A program made the position numbers and the translations under genes. A DNA stretch of 64,000 bases from Thermodesulfobacteriota bacterium (GTDB lineage Bacteria; Desulfobacterota; Desulfarculia; JACQYL01): positions 1,440,001 to 1,504,000 of the forward strand of contig CAXXLZ010000001.1 of NCBI GenBank assembly GCA_963675595.2. Direction: 5' to 3'. Below the pieces are notes generated by a model. That model saw only the letters and a list, made by a program, of their open reading frames with translations. It was not told the origin of the DNA and ran no database searches. This document shows, one piece after another, positions 19,393 to 31,545 of the stretch. Numbering within the stretch: the first letter of the stretch is position 1; each line of letters opens with the position of its first letter.

Positions 19393-22300
19393 CCGTTCAT
19401 GGGGGTACGGATTTCATGGCTCATGTTGGCCAGAAATTCGCTCTTGGCGATATTGGCCATTTCGGCCTGAAGGGCCATTTCATTGGCGCGGGCGGTGGCT
19501 TCTTCCAGTTGTCGATTGGATTCCAGCAGTTCTTCTTCGGCCCGTTTACGCTCCGTGATATCACGCCCCGTGGACTGGAATTCAACCACCCGTTCACCCT
19601 CGTCGATAATGACCGTGTCCGTCCACTCCTGCCACATACGGGTACCATCCTGCCGAAAGGACTCATGCACGTATACATGGGTGGGATTCCCACCGTGTAG
19701 CTTGGCGAGAGCCTTGAGAATCGGTGCATGGTCCTCGGTCGGCACGAATTGCAGAAACTTCCGCCCCACCAATTCGTCGGGCCGCCGCTCGAAACACCGG
19801 GCATAGGCTTCGTTCACAAAGGTCAGCGTGGTATCCGGGAGGAAGCGACAGATCATCTCCTTCTGGGTTTCCACTACAGAGGCCAGCATTTGCTCGTTCA
19901 CCATCAGAGCTTCCTCGGCAGCCTTGCGGTCGGTGATGTCCCGGGCGACCGCGTAGATCGTTGTTCCAATCGGCTTGGAGCGCCATTCGATCCAACGATA
20001 GGAGCCGTCATTTCGGCGATAGCGGTTCTCGAATTTTTGCACCTCTTCCTGGTTCACCAGTCGGCTTATGGCGCCGAGAGTGTCTTCCATATCGTCGGGG
20101 TGGACATAATCCAGGAAAACGGTCCCCTCAAGTTCCTCAACGGAGTAACCGAGCACAAGCTCCCATTCCGGGTTCAGCCGAATGAAACGGCCCTTGGTAT
20201 CGGCAATGCACAACAAGTCCAGGCTCGAATTGAAATAGCGGTCCAATTCGTCCTTTTGGGCCTGCAATTCGTCCCGCGTCCGTTTGCGCTCCGTAACATC
20301 GCGCAAGACCCCTACCGCATGCCACCCGTCGGACTGCTTCATGGCCGAGAGGGACAGTTCCACGGGCACTTCTCCGCCGTCCTTGAGCCGCGCCTGCAGA
20401 TCCACAATCTTTCCCACGTCAGGGCCTTCACCCGTCTCACGGAAACGGGCGAATCCTTCCCGATGCCTGGAACGATAACGTTCCGGCATTAGAAGATCGT
20501 GCAGGTCGGCGCCCATAGCCTCATCCCGACCGTATCCGAAAATACGCTCCGCCGCCGGGTTCCAGAACGAGATGTTCCCATCGGGGCTCATCATCACGAT
20601 CGCGTCCTGGGCCGCTTCCGTGATGGCCCTCATTCGAGTTTCACCGGCCCTCAACTCCTCCTCAACTCTTTTTCGCTCCGTAATATCCGAAATCACACCG
20701 ACAATGCCGGTGACCTTGCCTGCATCGTCCGAGATTGCAGCCTTATGGAAGATTACATCCTTGGCAAATCCTTGCTTGCTTATGATTCTTGTCTCATAGT
20801 GCTGCCTTCCTCCCGCTGCCAGCAGCTCTTTATCTCTTCTAAAATATTCATCGGCAAAGTTGGATGGATACAGGTCATAGACTGTTTTGCCTAATATTTC
20901 CTTAAGGTCTCTACCCAAAAACTCCTCAAATACCTTGTTGCAACCCGTATACAGGCCGTCGGAGTCCTTGTAGAACACTGGGCTGGAAATGGTTTGCAGT
21001 AAGGTATCTCTGAATTTCAGCTCCCTGTACAACGCTTCATGCGCACGTTTACGTTCGGTTACGTCAATGGAAATGCCGACAAATCTATGAACACTCCCGT
21101 CCTCGCCGATGATCGGTGAAAGGAGCACCCAAAAACTAATCATGCTCAGATCGAGCTTGAGGAATTCCGCCTCGAAGGAATTTTTTTCACCCTGGAGCAC
21201 CTTGGTCACGGCATCCTGAACAACGGGCCTGGATGAATCGGGCCAAACCTCCGAGAATCGAATCCCGATAATTTCTCTCTCGGATCGGCCGGTGGCTTTC
21301 AGACCGGAGGCATTGATGGACAGGTACCGCCCCTCTTCATCAAACAGGCTCACGCTGTTGGGAGAACTCTCCACCAATATTCGAAATCGTTCCTCGCTTC
21401 CTCTTAGCTCGCAGGTACGTTCCGCGACTAGACGCTCAAGGCTCCTGCGATGATTCAGGACCAAGCCGACCAAAGACCCCAGCGCCAAAGAGAGCAGGAA
21501 CCCCACGGAAGCCACCGTCCATCCGGCTCTTTCACGATTCAGGCGGAGGAATTTTTCTCCGGGAGAGACGGTTACGGCAAGAACTTTGCCAAAGGTGAAG
21601 ATGGGAAGCAGTTTTGCGTTCGTCTCGACTGAAGAGGTGTCAGCGCTGCCTGCACAGTGGAGAACTTCCGTCCCGGCGTCCTTCCGCAGGAGGCAGATAT
21701 TCATGGCCACGGAGTCATCCGGCGCCGCACTTTTCAGCAGAGTCTCCAACTGCAAAACGGCAAGGACGAATCCTGTCAGCCTTTCGGGCGCCGACTTGCC
21801 GAAAACCGGCTGGAACACCAGCATTGCTTGTGGGCCGGCGGATTCCTGAACCAAGGTGATAGGGGCCGTGGCGGTGGCCAAACCGGTCCCGGCCGACTCT
21901 TCCAGGGCGGCTTTCCGCAGTGGTTCCGACCCAAGGTCGTAGCCCACCGCCGCGTCGTTGCCGACCATTGGGTGGACCCACAGAACCGGGTAGTAACGTT
22001 CTCTATTGGTTGCCGGAACCCGCATACCCAGGTCGTCCCTTTGCCAAATTTCGAACCCCGACAAACCCGCCGAACGAGCCCGCTTCTCAAAACCGTCCCT
22101 ATCCTCTGCCGGCACCTCCGGAATCCATTCCCAAGCCCTTACCGAGGCATCCTTGGTGAGATAGGAAGCATACTCCCCAAACTCCTTGAGGTTCACGATG
22201 CTGCTGGCCGAATAGAAGTGCGCCAAACCTTCGAGTTCCCTGTCCCGCAGGTTCCGAAGGTTTTCGGCAATGATCCCCACGCGCCCGGATGCCAATTGCG

Positions 22301-23116
22301 CAAAAGCCTTGTCTCTTTCACGGACTTCCTGTCCATGAATCAATCGGGCGACAAAAATCGTCAGCACCAATCCCACCGCCACAATGGCCGCAGCCTCGAT
22401 GTGCCGCATCCGGTTCGACGGCTGTAAATCATCCCGAGATCTGCGCAACCGCAGATTCCAGGCCGCCATAAGGATTGCGACCAGTACCCCGGTGAGCAAC
22501 AACGGAGAAACCGCAGCCTTGAACAAGCTGCGGTTCCACTCGCCTGCATCGAAATCCATGGCAAGCACGGCGGTCACGGAGTTGGTGAACCTGTCCGGAA
22601 GCGGTGCGGCGCCGCTGACGAAGCGGCCCCATTGGTCTTCATACGGCCCGGCCGCAGTGGGAGCTTTCGTATCGAATACACGGGAGAACTCCTGAGGCGC
22701 ATCCTGGTAGACCATGCCTGCGGGTGCCTCATCCTCGTCCCCGACCGGTACGTCGTCCACGAAAAAGAAGAGCTCCCCGTTGGCCTTACGCCCTATAAGA
22801 TAGACAAAACGGCATCCCGGCAGGGATGCTCGAAGCACGCCAAATTGCTCCTTCAGCCGGAGATAATAGGGATTGGAAACATCCGACTCGGTGCCCGAGA
22901 GCTTGGCGATCTGCTCGATGTTCAATGCCCCGGCCACGAACCGGGTGCGCTCGACCAATTCATCTCGCATCTCCCGATCCGCCTGCGCCACCACCCACCA
23001 CGTCAAAGAAGCACCGGTGGAGACGGTGATTACAAGCAGCAATGCGAACAGCCAAGCATTGCGCTCGGACTGGGGAAGTTCTGTCGGTCCGGACCCGTTC
23101 ATGCGAAATCAACCTC

Positions 23117-23219
23117 TTGACGAGTTCGCAAAATCACTTTTGGCTCATGAGGAACCCAATGAAAGCATTAGGTTAAGCACGACAAAACAGGCCTTTTGGT
23201 TTTTTTGCGGAACCGTCAA
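23117..23219. mobile_element. 103-bp MITE with ends related to the IS at 27174-29053
   Basis: Imperfect IRs TTGACGAGTTCGCAAAA / TTTTGCGGAACCGTCAA, flanked by TC on both sides. Confidence 0.7.
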
Positions 23220-23446
23220 TCTCTTGAGATGATACCTTCTTTGGCAGCCTCGTAGATAGCTGTCGATGATTTATTTCGATTCAGTGAGCCGGCTGTTGCG
23301 ATAGGCGAAAAGCAAGCATTCAACCATAGGCCATAGATTGGTAACGGCTTTAATTATTATCTGTTGGAAATAGATATCCTCCAATTTTTAACAGGCTTCA
23401 AATAATCTCAAAAAACGTATTTATCTGAATGACTATTAGAGATATC

Positions 23447-23647
23447 TTATCTATTAAATATGGTCCCAATCGGAAGCATGTCGTCAGATGGTGGTTTTCC
23501 ATGTTTAGCTCGATACTCTTTTCTTTTACACTCGTCTTGCTTGGGTCCTTTGCAGTACTTGGCAATCAAACCCTTGCACGCGGCTTCGTGTGAATTCATG
23601 TATTTATTGAAGAAACCACACTTTGGCAACAATTCACATTCCTTCAT
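23447..23647 (-). CDS. Small Cys-rich hypothetical protein (66 aa)
   Basis: C-x5-C-GFF ... YC ... C-KR ... PSDDMLPIG; RBS-like AGGAA upstream; lies in an AT-rich tract. Confidence 0.7.
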   Translation of the reverse strand: MKECELLPKCGFFNKYMNSHEAACKGLIAKYCKGPKQDECKRKEYRAKHGKPPSDDMLPIGTIFNR

Positions 23648-23770
23648 ATCTTATTCCTATCTGTACTAAATTAGTTTGTTACAAATAAATAGTAGTTTTG
23701 ACAAAAAATATTCTTTATTAGACAATAAACAAAGGACAACCCATTATAGCATGGGGTTCATCCAAAATAG

Positions 23771-23806
23771 GAAGGCGTGGTGACAGCATAGCGACACCAC
23801 GCCTTC
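23771..23806. terminator. 12-bp stem-loop, terminator-like
   Basis: GAAGGCGTGGTG...CACCACGCCTTC. Confidence 0.45.
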
Positions 23807-26800
23807 ATTCGATTATCATGGTATCCCAGGTTTTCTTTCATTGGTTTCTATCCGAAATCCGGGTGCCATAACAGACCATTGTGCGTTAGCCCGAAGTGGG
23901 CAATACCTGAGGCATACGATCCTTATTCTATCCCAAATTCGATTGGAAAAAGCGATGTAGGGCTCTTGAAAACAGTCGATACGCCGATGAAATGATAGGG
24001 GAATTGACTTAGGGTTTTTCTGGAAAGAAGAGATGTGAGTTCATTTCAGGATATTGCCTATTGGTTTGGTGTGGATTCGTTCCCTTGTGTCTGACGAGAT
24101 CCGAGACGCTCAATAGACGGTTGAGCGCCGCGGATCACACGCGGTTGAAACCGACGAGCCGATGACTCGGTTCGGTTTGTCGTGTTTTCTTTGCTACGGA
24201 CTTCCGACATGCGGCAATGAGACTCTGAGAGGAATCCAGACCCTCCAGAGCAGTGCAACTCAGGCTTCCTGATCCAAAACCGCCCGCACCTTCTCCAGCA
24301 ACCCGAGCATTTGAAAAGGCTTGCTGATAAAGGCGGACGCCCCGCTTTCCAGGGTCTTTTTGAGTTGAGCATCAATGGAATAACCGCTTGAAATCATGAT
24401 TTTTACTGCCGAATCAAGTCGCAACAGTTCTTTGAGACACCTGTGCCCTCCCATACCGGGCATGCCAAGGTCCAAGATGACCAAACTGATCTCATCGGAT
24501 CTTGCGGAATAGACCTCCAAGGCTTCCTCACCGCTGGAAGCGCTTAGGACCGAATATCCAAATCGACCGAGAATTTGGGAGATCACATCCCTCACGGATT
24601 TGTCATCATCAACCAGGAGAATTGTCTCCGTTCCCTCCATGCGTATCGGGATGTCGGGGCTTCGATCCGTAGGGGGGTCAAACTCCTCATTAGCGGGGAA
24701 GAAGACCCTGAAGATCGTTCCATGCCCGACCTCACTACGGCAATCTATGTGGCCGCCGTGGTTTTTCACGATGCCGTATACCGAAGCCAACCCGAGACCG
24801 GTTCCCTTGCCGATTTCTTTGGTGGTGAAAAACGGTTCAAAGATGTGTTCGATGGTCTCTTGATCCATGCCTAGGCCTGTGTCGGAAACGGTTAGAAGAA
24901 CGTAATTTCCGGGGTTCACACCGGCATGGCTGTTGGGCTTCTCCTCTTCAACAACCGTATTTTCAGTTCTGATTACCAGCCTTCCACCGTCAGGCATAGC
25001 ATCGGCTGCATTCGTTCCAAGATTCAATATGATTTGCTTGATTTGCGAAGAATCAGCAATAATAGGCCAAAGTCCCCTTCCAAAATTCACCTCGATACTG
25101 ATCATCTTTGGTATGGTTCGCTGCAGCATATTCACACATTGTTCTATTTCCATATTAATATCGATGGGTTTCTTTTCTGTTTCAGCTTTTCGACTGAATA
25201 AAAGTAATTTCCTTACGAGGTCAATAGCGCTTTCGCATGCTCTTTCGATACCATGCAGATTTGAAAAAACCGGGCTATGTTCCCCTATTTCCATGAACAT
25301 GAGCTCCGTATAGCCCGAAATTACTTGGAGTGTGTTGTTGAAGTCATGGGCGATACCCCCTGCCATTACGCCGATGGACTCCATCTTTTGTGATTGGCGA
25401 AGTTGCTTCTCCAATTCAGCTTTTTCCTTCTCAATTCGTCGACGTTCCGTGATATCACGGCCCACCCCACTAATGAATGGATATTTTCCTTCCTGTTCCA
25501 CAAGGATGTTTCGATACTCGACCAAATGCTCTTCCTTATTTATGTCCTCAAATATGACTACACCATCCGATCTCCTATGTTCGTTCAATTCTTTCATATA
25601 TTCTTCTCGGAATAATGATCGAGTTCTGGGTGATATGAAATCACTAACTTGGCGACCGATCATTTTTTCCTCTGAGTATCCGAGGAGCTTGGTTACTTCG
25701 GGATTAACCTTGAGCAAGCGCCCTCTGAGGTCGTGAACTATGATCAGATCGTTGATATTCTCGAATAGAACCCGATAGCGATTTTCCGATTCTCTTAGCG
25801 ACTCTTCCGCCATTCTGCGAACAACGGTCTCCCAGGCAAAATCCGCGAGTTGCTGAACCGTTTCAAGATCGTTTTGGTCGTAGTCGGTCTTTTTGTTGCC
25901 GACACCGAGGACCGCCACGAGCTGGTCTCCTCGAATGACAGGGACGACAAGTTCTCGATCGATCGGTGGATGCCCTTCGGGGAGTCCTTTCTTATGATGC
26001 AGACTTGGATAATTGTTGTGAATCACGGGCCTGCGCTCACGTACACAGTCAACCCAGACACCGGCTTTGGAGATGGGGTAATGGAGTCCGACGAGTTCCG
26101 CGCAGTCTCTTCTATTCAGCGTATTCGTCGACCATGCCTGGAGTGAAAGCGTTTCTTGATCACTCTCCACGAAGTGATAAAATCCGATATCGCTCTTAGT
26201 GAGCACTTCGGCTTCATCCAGGAATTTTTCGAGCAATTCCTTGATGGAGTGGTTGGCGGAAAACTCAACAAGCCTCAATTGTGCCGCCTGAACCCGCTCT
26301 TTGCGCTTGCGATCCCCAATGTTTCGGGCGGTATGAACGGCGCCGACGACTTGACCATCGGAATCAAGGAGTGGAGAGACCGAGATCAGAAAGTCTCCGC
26401 CCAGACCTTCTTCGAATATTTCAGCTGTCTGCTCCCGACCCTCAATCAGCAACCTTGAGTGTGGACAAAACCAGGGAGGTTCCGCGGTCCCATGCACAAC
26501 GGTGTAACAGTTCAGCCCTACCACCCCTTGTGGTGTAACTCCCAATGCATCGGCCATTGCTTGGTTGGCCCGAACGATTTTGTGTTGTTTGTCCAGGACG
26601 ATCATGGGATCCGATACGGCATTGAAAGTCCGCTCCCATTCCTCTTTTGCCCGGATAATTTCGTTTTCCGCCCGCTTGCGTTCGGTGATGTCAATGAGCG
26701 TGCTCAACATGCCGGTCACCTTCCCGTCGGAATCGGTGAGCGGTCTGGAATTGTTCAACACGGTTATGATCCCGCCGTCCTTACGTTTCAATTGATGTTC

Positions 26801-27173
26801 GTAATTCACCAACCGTTCTCCCTCAAGAAGCCGGCTGTGAGCGGGCAGCACAGATTTCGGATCCGCATCCACATCCGGAATACTCATGTTGAGCAGCTCT
26901 TTCAGGGAATAGCCAAGCAAATCAAGTCCCGCTTGATTCGAGTCGAGAAATCGCTTCTCGGTATCAAATGCATAAACAGCCGCGACGGAATCGTTGAATA
27001 TCCCACGATACTTTTCTTCACTCTCCTTCAGCGCCCTCTCGACGCGCTTGCGCTCGGTAACGTCGAGAATGATTGAGACGAAAAGGGGAATGTCGCCCTC
27101 TATCAGTTGTAGATGCACCTCCACGGGATACCGCGACCCATCCTTACGGCGGTGAACTGTATTGAAAACAATC

Positions 27174-29053
27174 TTGATGAGTTCGTAAAAACCTCTCCGT
27201 AAAGGTATCTAGTTGAAAATATGAATAAAAATGGCATTTATGGGTTGACCTTTCTTTTGGGTCCTGTATGATAAGTATCTGACTTGATTAATAATATGGT
27301 CCTTAGGGGGGTTGTTTTGTTTCGGCCTAAGAGAACGCAAAAGACCATTTTCGACCACGATATTTGCCTTCCCGCAGACAGGATCGAGGCGTTGGAGAAG
27401 ACGTGGGCCGGTCCGTTCCGGCGCCTGGTGCTTCCCATGATCGATGAGGAGTCTTTCCGGCCTTTCTACTGTGAGGACAACGGCAGGCCCAACAGACCCG
27501 TGGCCATCCTTGTCGGAGCGTGTGTTTTGAAGGAAATGAACAGCCTGACCGATGCGGAAGTCTTGGGCGCTCTGGACTTCGATCTGCGTTGGCAATATGC
27601 CTTCAACATCAACGCCTTTGAATCTCACGTCTGCCAGAAGACCCTGCACAATTTCCGGACCTTGATTACCGACAACAAGCAAGCGCGGAGCCTCTTTACC
27701 GGAATCACGGACGCCATCATCGAGACGGCGGCCCTTAGCACGGACAAACAGCGGTTGGACTCCACACAGATCACTTCCAACATGGCTCATCTGAGCCGTC
27801 TGGGGCTCTTTACGCGCACCATCGAGGCGTTCTTGAAACGGCTCCATAAGAAACATCCCAAGTTGTATGAGAAACTGCCCCGACTTTACGACAAGGCCTA
27901 CTTGAAGCGCGCAGGCTATTTTGCCGATGCAAAATCATCGCGGGCCAAGCGTCGTCTGGACAAGTCCGCCCGCCATCTCGCCGACCTGGTGGACCGCTTC
28001 CGAGGTCATCCGGAAATCAGCCGAATGAAAGAATACCGGCTGATGGCCCGACTACTGTCGGAGCAATGCCGTTTCACCGAGGGAGATCCCGACAAAACAG
28101 AACTCGAGAAGCCCAAGGAAATCCCTGCGGACTCCCTGCAGAATCCTTCGGATCCCGACGCCACCTATGGGCGCAAGGGCAAAGGATATAAGGCTTCCCT
28201 CACGGAGACCTGCGTGAAGGAAAATCCCTTCCAGGTGATCACCGATGTGGACGTGGCCCCTTCCTATGACAGCGACCAGAAAGACGTGATGCCCGTTATC
28301 GAACGCCTGGAGGAAACGGGCCGCAAACCCGAAGAGTTGTTCGCCGACGCAGGCTACGGCAGCGGCGAGAACATCCTTCAAGCTCACGAGCACGGAGTCG
28401 AGCTTACCGCTCCGGTGACTTGCGGAAAAGCGCCGGATCTCAATAAGATGCAGTTGAGTGACTTTGAAACGAACGAGGACTGCACCCAGGTCGTTTACTG
28501 TATCCGGGGGCACGCGCCACTTGAATGCAAGATCGTTGACCGCGGCAAAGCGGTGGAAGCCGTGTTTTCCCGCGAGCACTGTCTCCTATGCGAATTTCTC
28601 CCCATCTGTCCGGTAAAACGGATCAAGGGCGGAAATTATCGACTGAAGTACAAGCGCAAGGACATGGCGACCTCCAAGCGCAGACTACAGCAGGAAAGCC
28701 ATGATTTCAAAGAACGCTACAAAATCCGGTCCGGCATCGAGGCCACCATCTCCGAAGCGGATCGGGTCACGGGATTGAAACGATCGTGGACCCGAGGCAA
28801 AAAACGGGTCACCTTATCTGTTTTCATGAAGGCCCTGGCCATCAACATCAAGAGGTTCGTCCAGAGCCGCCTTGATAAGGCCAAGAAGGCCCTTTCCAAC
28901 TCGATAGAGGGAGGCAGCAACGATAATTTCCGTCGTCTTTGTAGCCTATGTCACGATGACAGTAACCTTGGCAGTGTTGCAATGGCCGCTTGAACTTCCA
29001 ATGCTCCAAAAAACAGCCCTGTTCGTAAAGGGGGGTTCTTACGACGGCATCAA
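27174..29053 (+). mobile_element. IS1182-like insertion sequence (~1.88 kb)
   Basis: Imperfect IRs TTGATGAGTTCGTAAAAACC / GGTTCTTACGACGGCATCAA. The duplication is TC, or AATCTT if the ends are drawn 2 bp inward. Confidence 0.85.
27284..28993 (+). CDS. DDE transposase, IS1182/IS5-clan-like (DUF772-type N-terminus, Cys-rich insert)
   Basis: GRPNRP, RLDST, SDPDATY, ADAGYGS, CLLCEFLPIC, YKIRSGIEATIS. Confidence 0.88.
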   Translation: MINNMVLRGVVLFRPKRTQKTIFDHDICLPADRIEALEKTWAGPFRRLVLPMIDEESFRPFYCEDNGRPNRPVAILVGACVLKEMNSLTDAEVLGALDFDLRWQYAFNINAFESHVCQKTLHNFRTLITDNKQARSLFTGITDAIIETAALSTDKQRLDSTQITSNMAHLSRLGLFTRTIEAFLKRLHKKHPKLYEKLPRLYDKAYLKRAGYFADAKSSRAKRRLDKSARHLADLVDRFRGHPEISRMKEYRLMARLLSEQCRFTEGDPDKTELEKPKEIPADSLQNPSDPDATYGRKGKGYKASLTETCVKENPFQVITDVDVAPSYDSDQKDVMPVIERLEETGRKPEELFADAGYGSGENILQAHEHGVELTAPVTCGKAPDLNKMQLSDFETNEDCTQVVYCIRGHAPLECKIVDRGKAVEAVFSREHCLLCEFLPICPVKRIKGGNYRLKYKRKDMATSKRRLQQESHDFKERYKIRSGIEATISEADRVTGLKRSWTRGKKRVTLSVFMKALAINIKRFVQSRLDKAKKALSNSIEGGSNDNFRRLCSLCHDDSNLGSVAMAA

Positions 29054-31545
29054 TCTTCTCTTTATCTCTTGTTCTCAGGGGTTCAATCTGTTCATCGAGT
29101 AATTCAGCGGTCAACTCCGGCTTCAAGTCCAAGGGGGTGAGGCTGCGCAACTCCTCCATTGAATAGCCCAGGTTCTCCCGTGCTCCTCGATTGACATCGG
29201 TGAAATGGAGTGTATGAGCGTCAAATATGTAGATTTCATTGAGGGAATTCTCAAGAACGCGACTGAAGCGTGTGGCCCGCTCTTCCGCTCTTTTCCGCTC
29301 GGTGATGTCCTGGTTGACGCCATAGGTCTCTATGGTGCGGCCTTGACTGTCTTTGACGATGAAGAAACGCACCGTGATGTGGCCGACCTCTCCATCGGCG
29401 TAAAGTATCCGATGCTCGATCCGGCGACTGTATCTGGAATCGCCGGCCTGGATGGCCGCCCGGACCTCCTCGCCCACGATGTGAGCATCGTCCGGATGGC
29501 AGAAACGTCTCGCGTACTCGGCCGAGGACATCCGATACCCACCGACCTTTTCGGCCGTCGTTCTGAATATCCGGTAGAAATTATCGTTGAACGTGAAAGT
29601 GTCTCGGGCCACATCGTAATGCCAGTGCCCGGCGGCGGCCATTCTCATTGCTTTGGCAAGCTGATCCTCACTCTGCCGCAGCGCCTCTTCCATACGCTTG
29701 CGTTCGGTGATATCCCTGCCCAGGATAATGAGGCCTTTTCGGGCTCCGTCCTCCTCGAATAGGGGCACTTTGATGACATCGAACACCCGTTGTGAACCAT
29801 CATCTGGTTGGGCGATGATTTCTTCACTGCGAGAGATGCTTCCTTCCCGCCAAGCCTTATCGTCGGTTTCGCGACTGACCAAGAACGCTTCGCGATGAGC
29901 GGGATCTACCATCTCCGCCAGCTCGACATCGGTCTTACCCTGATAAGCGACCTCGGTAAGTGATAGTGATCTCAATGCAGCGGCGTTAGCCTCCATCCAG
30001 CGTCCCTGTCCATCTTTGAAGGCAACGCAGTCCGGGCAGGCATTGACCAAAGTTTGCAACCGCTGCTCGTTTTCTCCAAGGGTCTTTTCCGCCTGTTTCA
30101 GTTGTGAAATGTCGACAAACGTTTCCACTAGGCAGGAACGATCATTCAGCATTGCCGTGGTTACTGTTTTGATTACCGGAACCTGGGTGCCGTCGGCCTT
30201 CAACAGCACCCGTTCGGCGTTCTCGACTTGTTGGCCCTGATCGAGGATCGGGCAGGCCTGCCCAAAGGCGGGACAGATGAATCGGTGGCACGAGTTACCG
30301 ACAATCTGATCCCGGGGTAGGTCGATCAGCTCGGCGGCGGTAGGATTGGCATCAACAATCTTGCGGGTCCGAGCATCGATAACCAAGATTCCCGCAGGAA
30401 CATGGTCAAACAAAGTGGAAAGGTATGTTTGGCTTTCTTCGAGCGCCGCCTCCGTCTTTTTCTGTTCGGAGATGTCGACCATATAGCCGATCAGCTCCAC
30501 CGGCCGGTCCTTTTCGTCTTTTCTGACGCTGACAATGTCCCTGAGCCACACCGTTTCGTTTTCAGGGGTCAGGCAACGATATTCGAAGTCGTGATCTTTT
30601 CCCTTTGATGTAGAGCCGAGGCAGAACTCAACCGCGGTTCGGCGATCATCGGGGTGAATGCGATTCGCCCAGGAATCCAAATCCGTCCAGGAATCCTGTG
30701 GATACCCGAGGATTGTCTCCACCTGCTTACCGATGAAGGTGAACCGATTGTCACGGCAATCAAATCTCCAAGGGATGGCATTGACGTTTTCCACCAGCGT
30801 TCTGAAGTTGGCCTCACTTTCTTCAAACAGCCTCTCTCTTTGTCTGGACTCGGTGATGTCCCGGGTTATGGTCAGGACCATGGACTCATCGCCTAAATTG
30901 GCCCCACAAGCGGTTACCTCAGCGTCATAGATTGTGCCGTCCTTGCGGCGATGACGTGTTTCGAAGGTCCTTTGCGTTTGCTCAAGATCCGCAAAATCGG
31001 AGCGGATTTCCGCCTCGGTCATCAATGCCTCAAAGTCCCATGTATGGAGGCCGAGAACCTCTTCAGCGCCATATCCCAGCATTTGTGAAAAACTCTTGTT
31101 GGCCTGACGCACCCTGTGGTTCTGATCGATAACAGCTATGCCGTCGAGACTTGCGTCCATGAGCGTTCTTTGGTGCAGCAGCTGCTCATGCAGCACCTTG
31201 TTCTCATTCCGGCACACGGATTCGGCTTTCTCCAATTCGAGAATCCGCTTTTCCAATTCTTCGTAGGTCGGCTTCTCAGACACAGGGACCTCCGCCGGAA
31301 TCTGCTCGATGAGCAAGATACCCGTTTGGTCGGAACTGTAACGTCATGGACTTACCACACCCGCAGCTGTGGCCTGCCCCATCGAGTGGACCGCACGAGG
31401 AGTCAAAACCCTCAGAAAGCCGGCGGGAACGGTCGGTGTGCGGAAAGCGGCCCAATGCAGACATTACAAAACGATCGCCCAAGATACTGATAACCCGCTC
31501 CGCTTCGGTCCGGTTTTCACCGCCCGATGGGGGCGAGGCAGGCCC

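Larger units (their letters stand above)
16070..23102 (-). pseudogene. CHASE-domain hybrid histidine kinase (TM-CHASE-PAS x5-HisKA-HATPase-REC-REC-HPt) split by an IS4-family element
   Basis: Removing 18008-19392 plus one 11-bp duplicate restores SHEIRTPMNGVIGM. CHASE motif GYDLGSEP..TAPITLVQE; HPt LAHSIKGAS. Confidence 0.93.
24260..31283 (-). pseudogene. Multi-PAS/GAF hybrid histidine kinase split by an IS
   Basis: Removing the IS joins DKEKI to VFNTVHRRKDGSRYPVEVHL (PAS). The C-terminal part has GGIAHDFNN, GTGLGLA and REC; the N-terminus reads KPTYEELEKRI. Confidence 0.92.
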
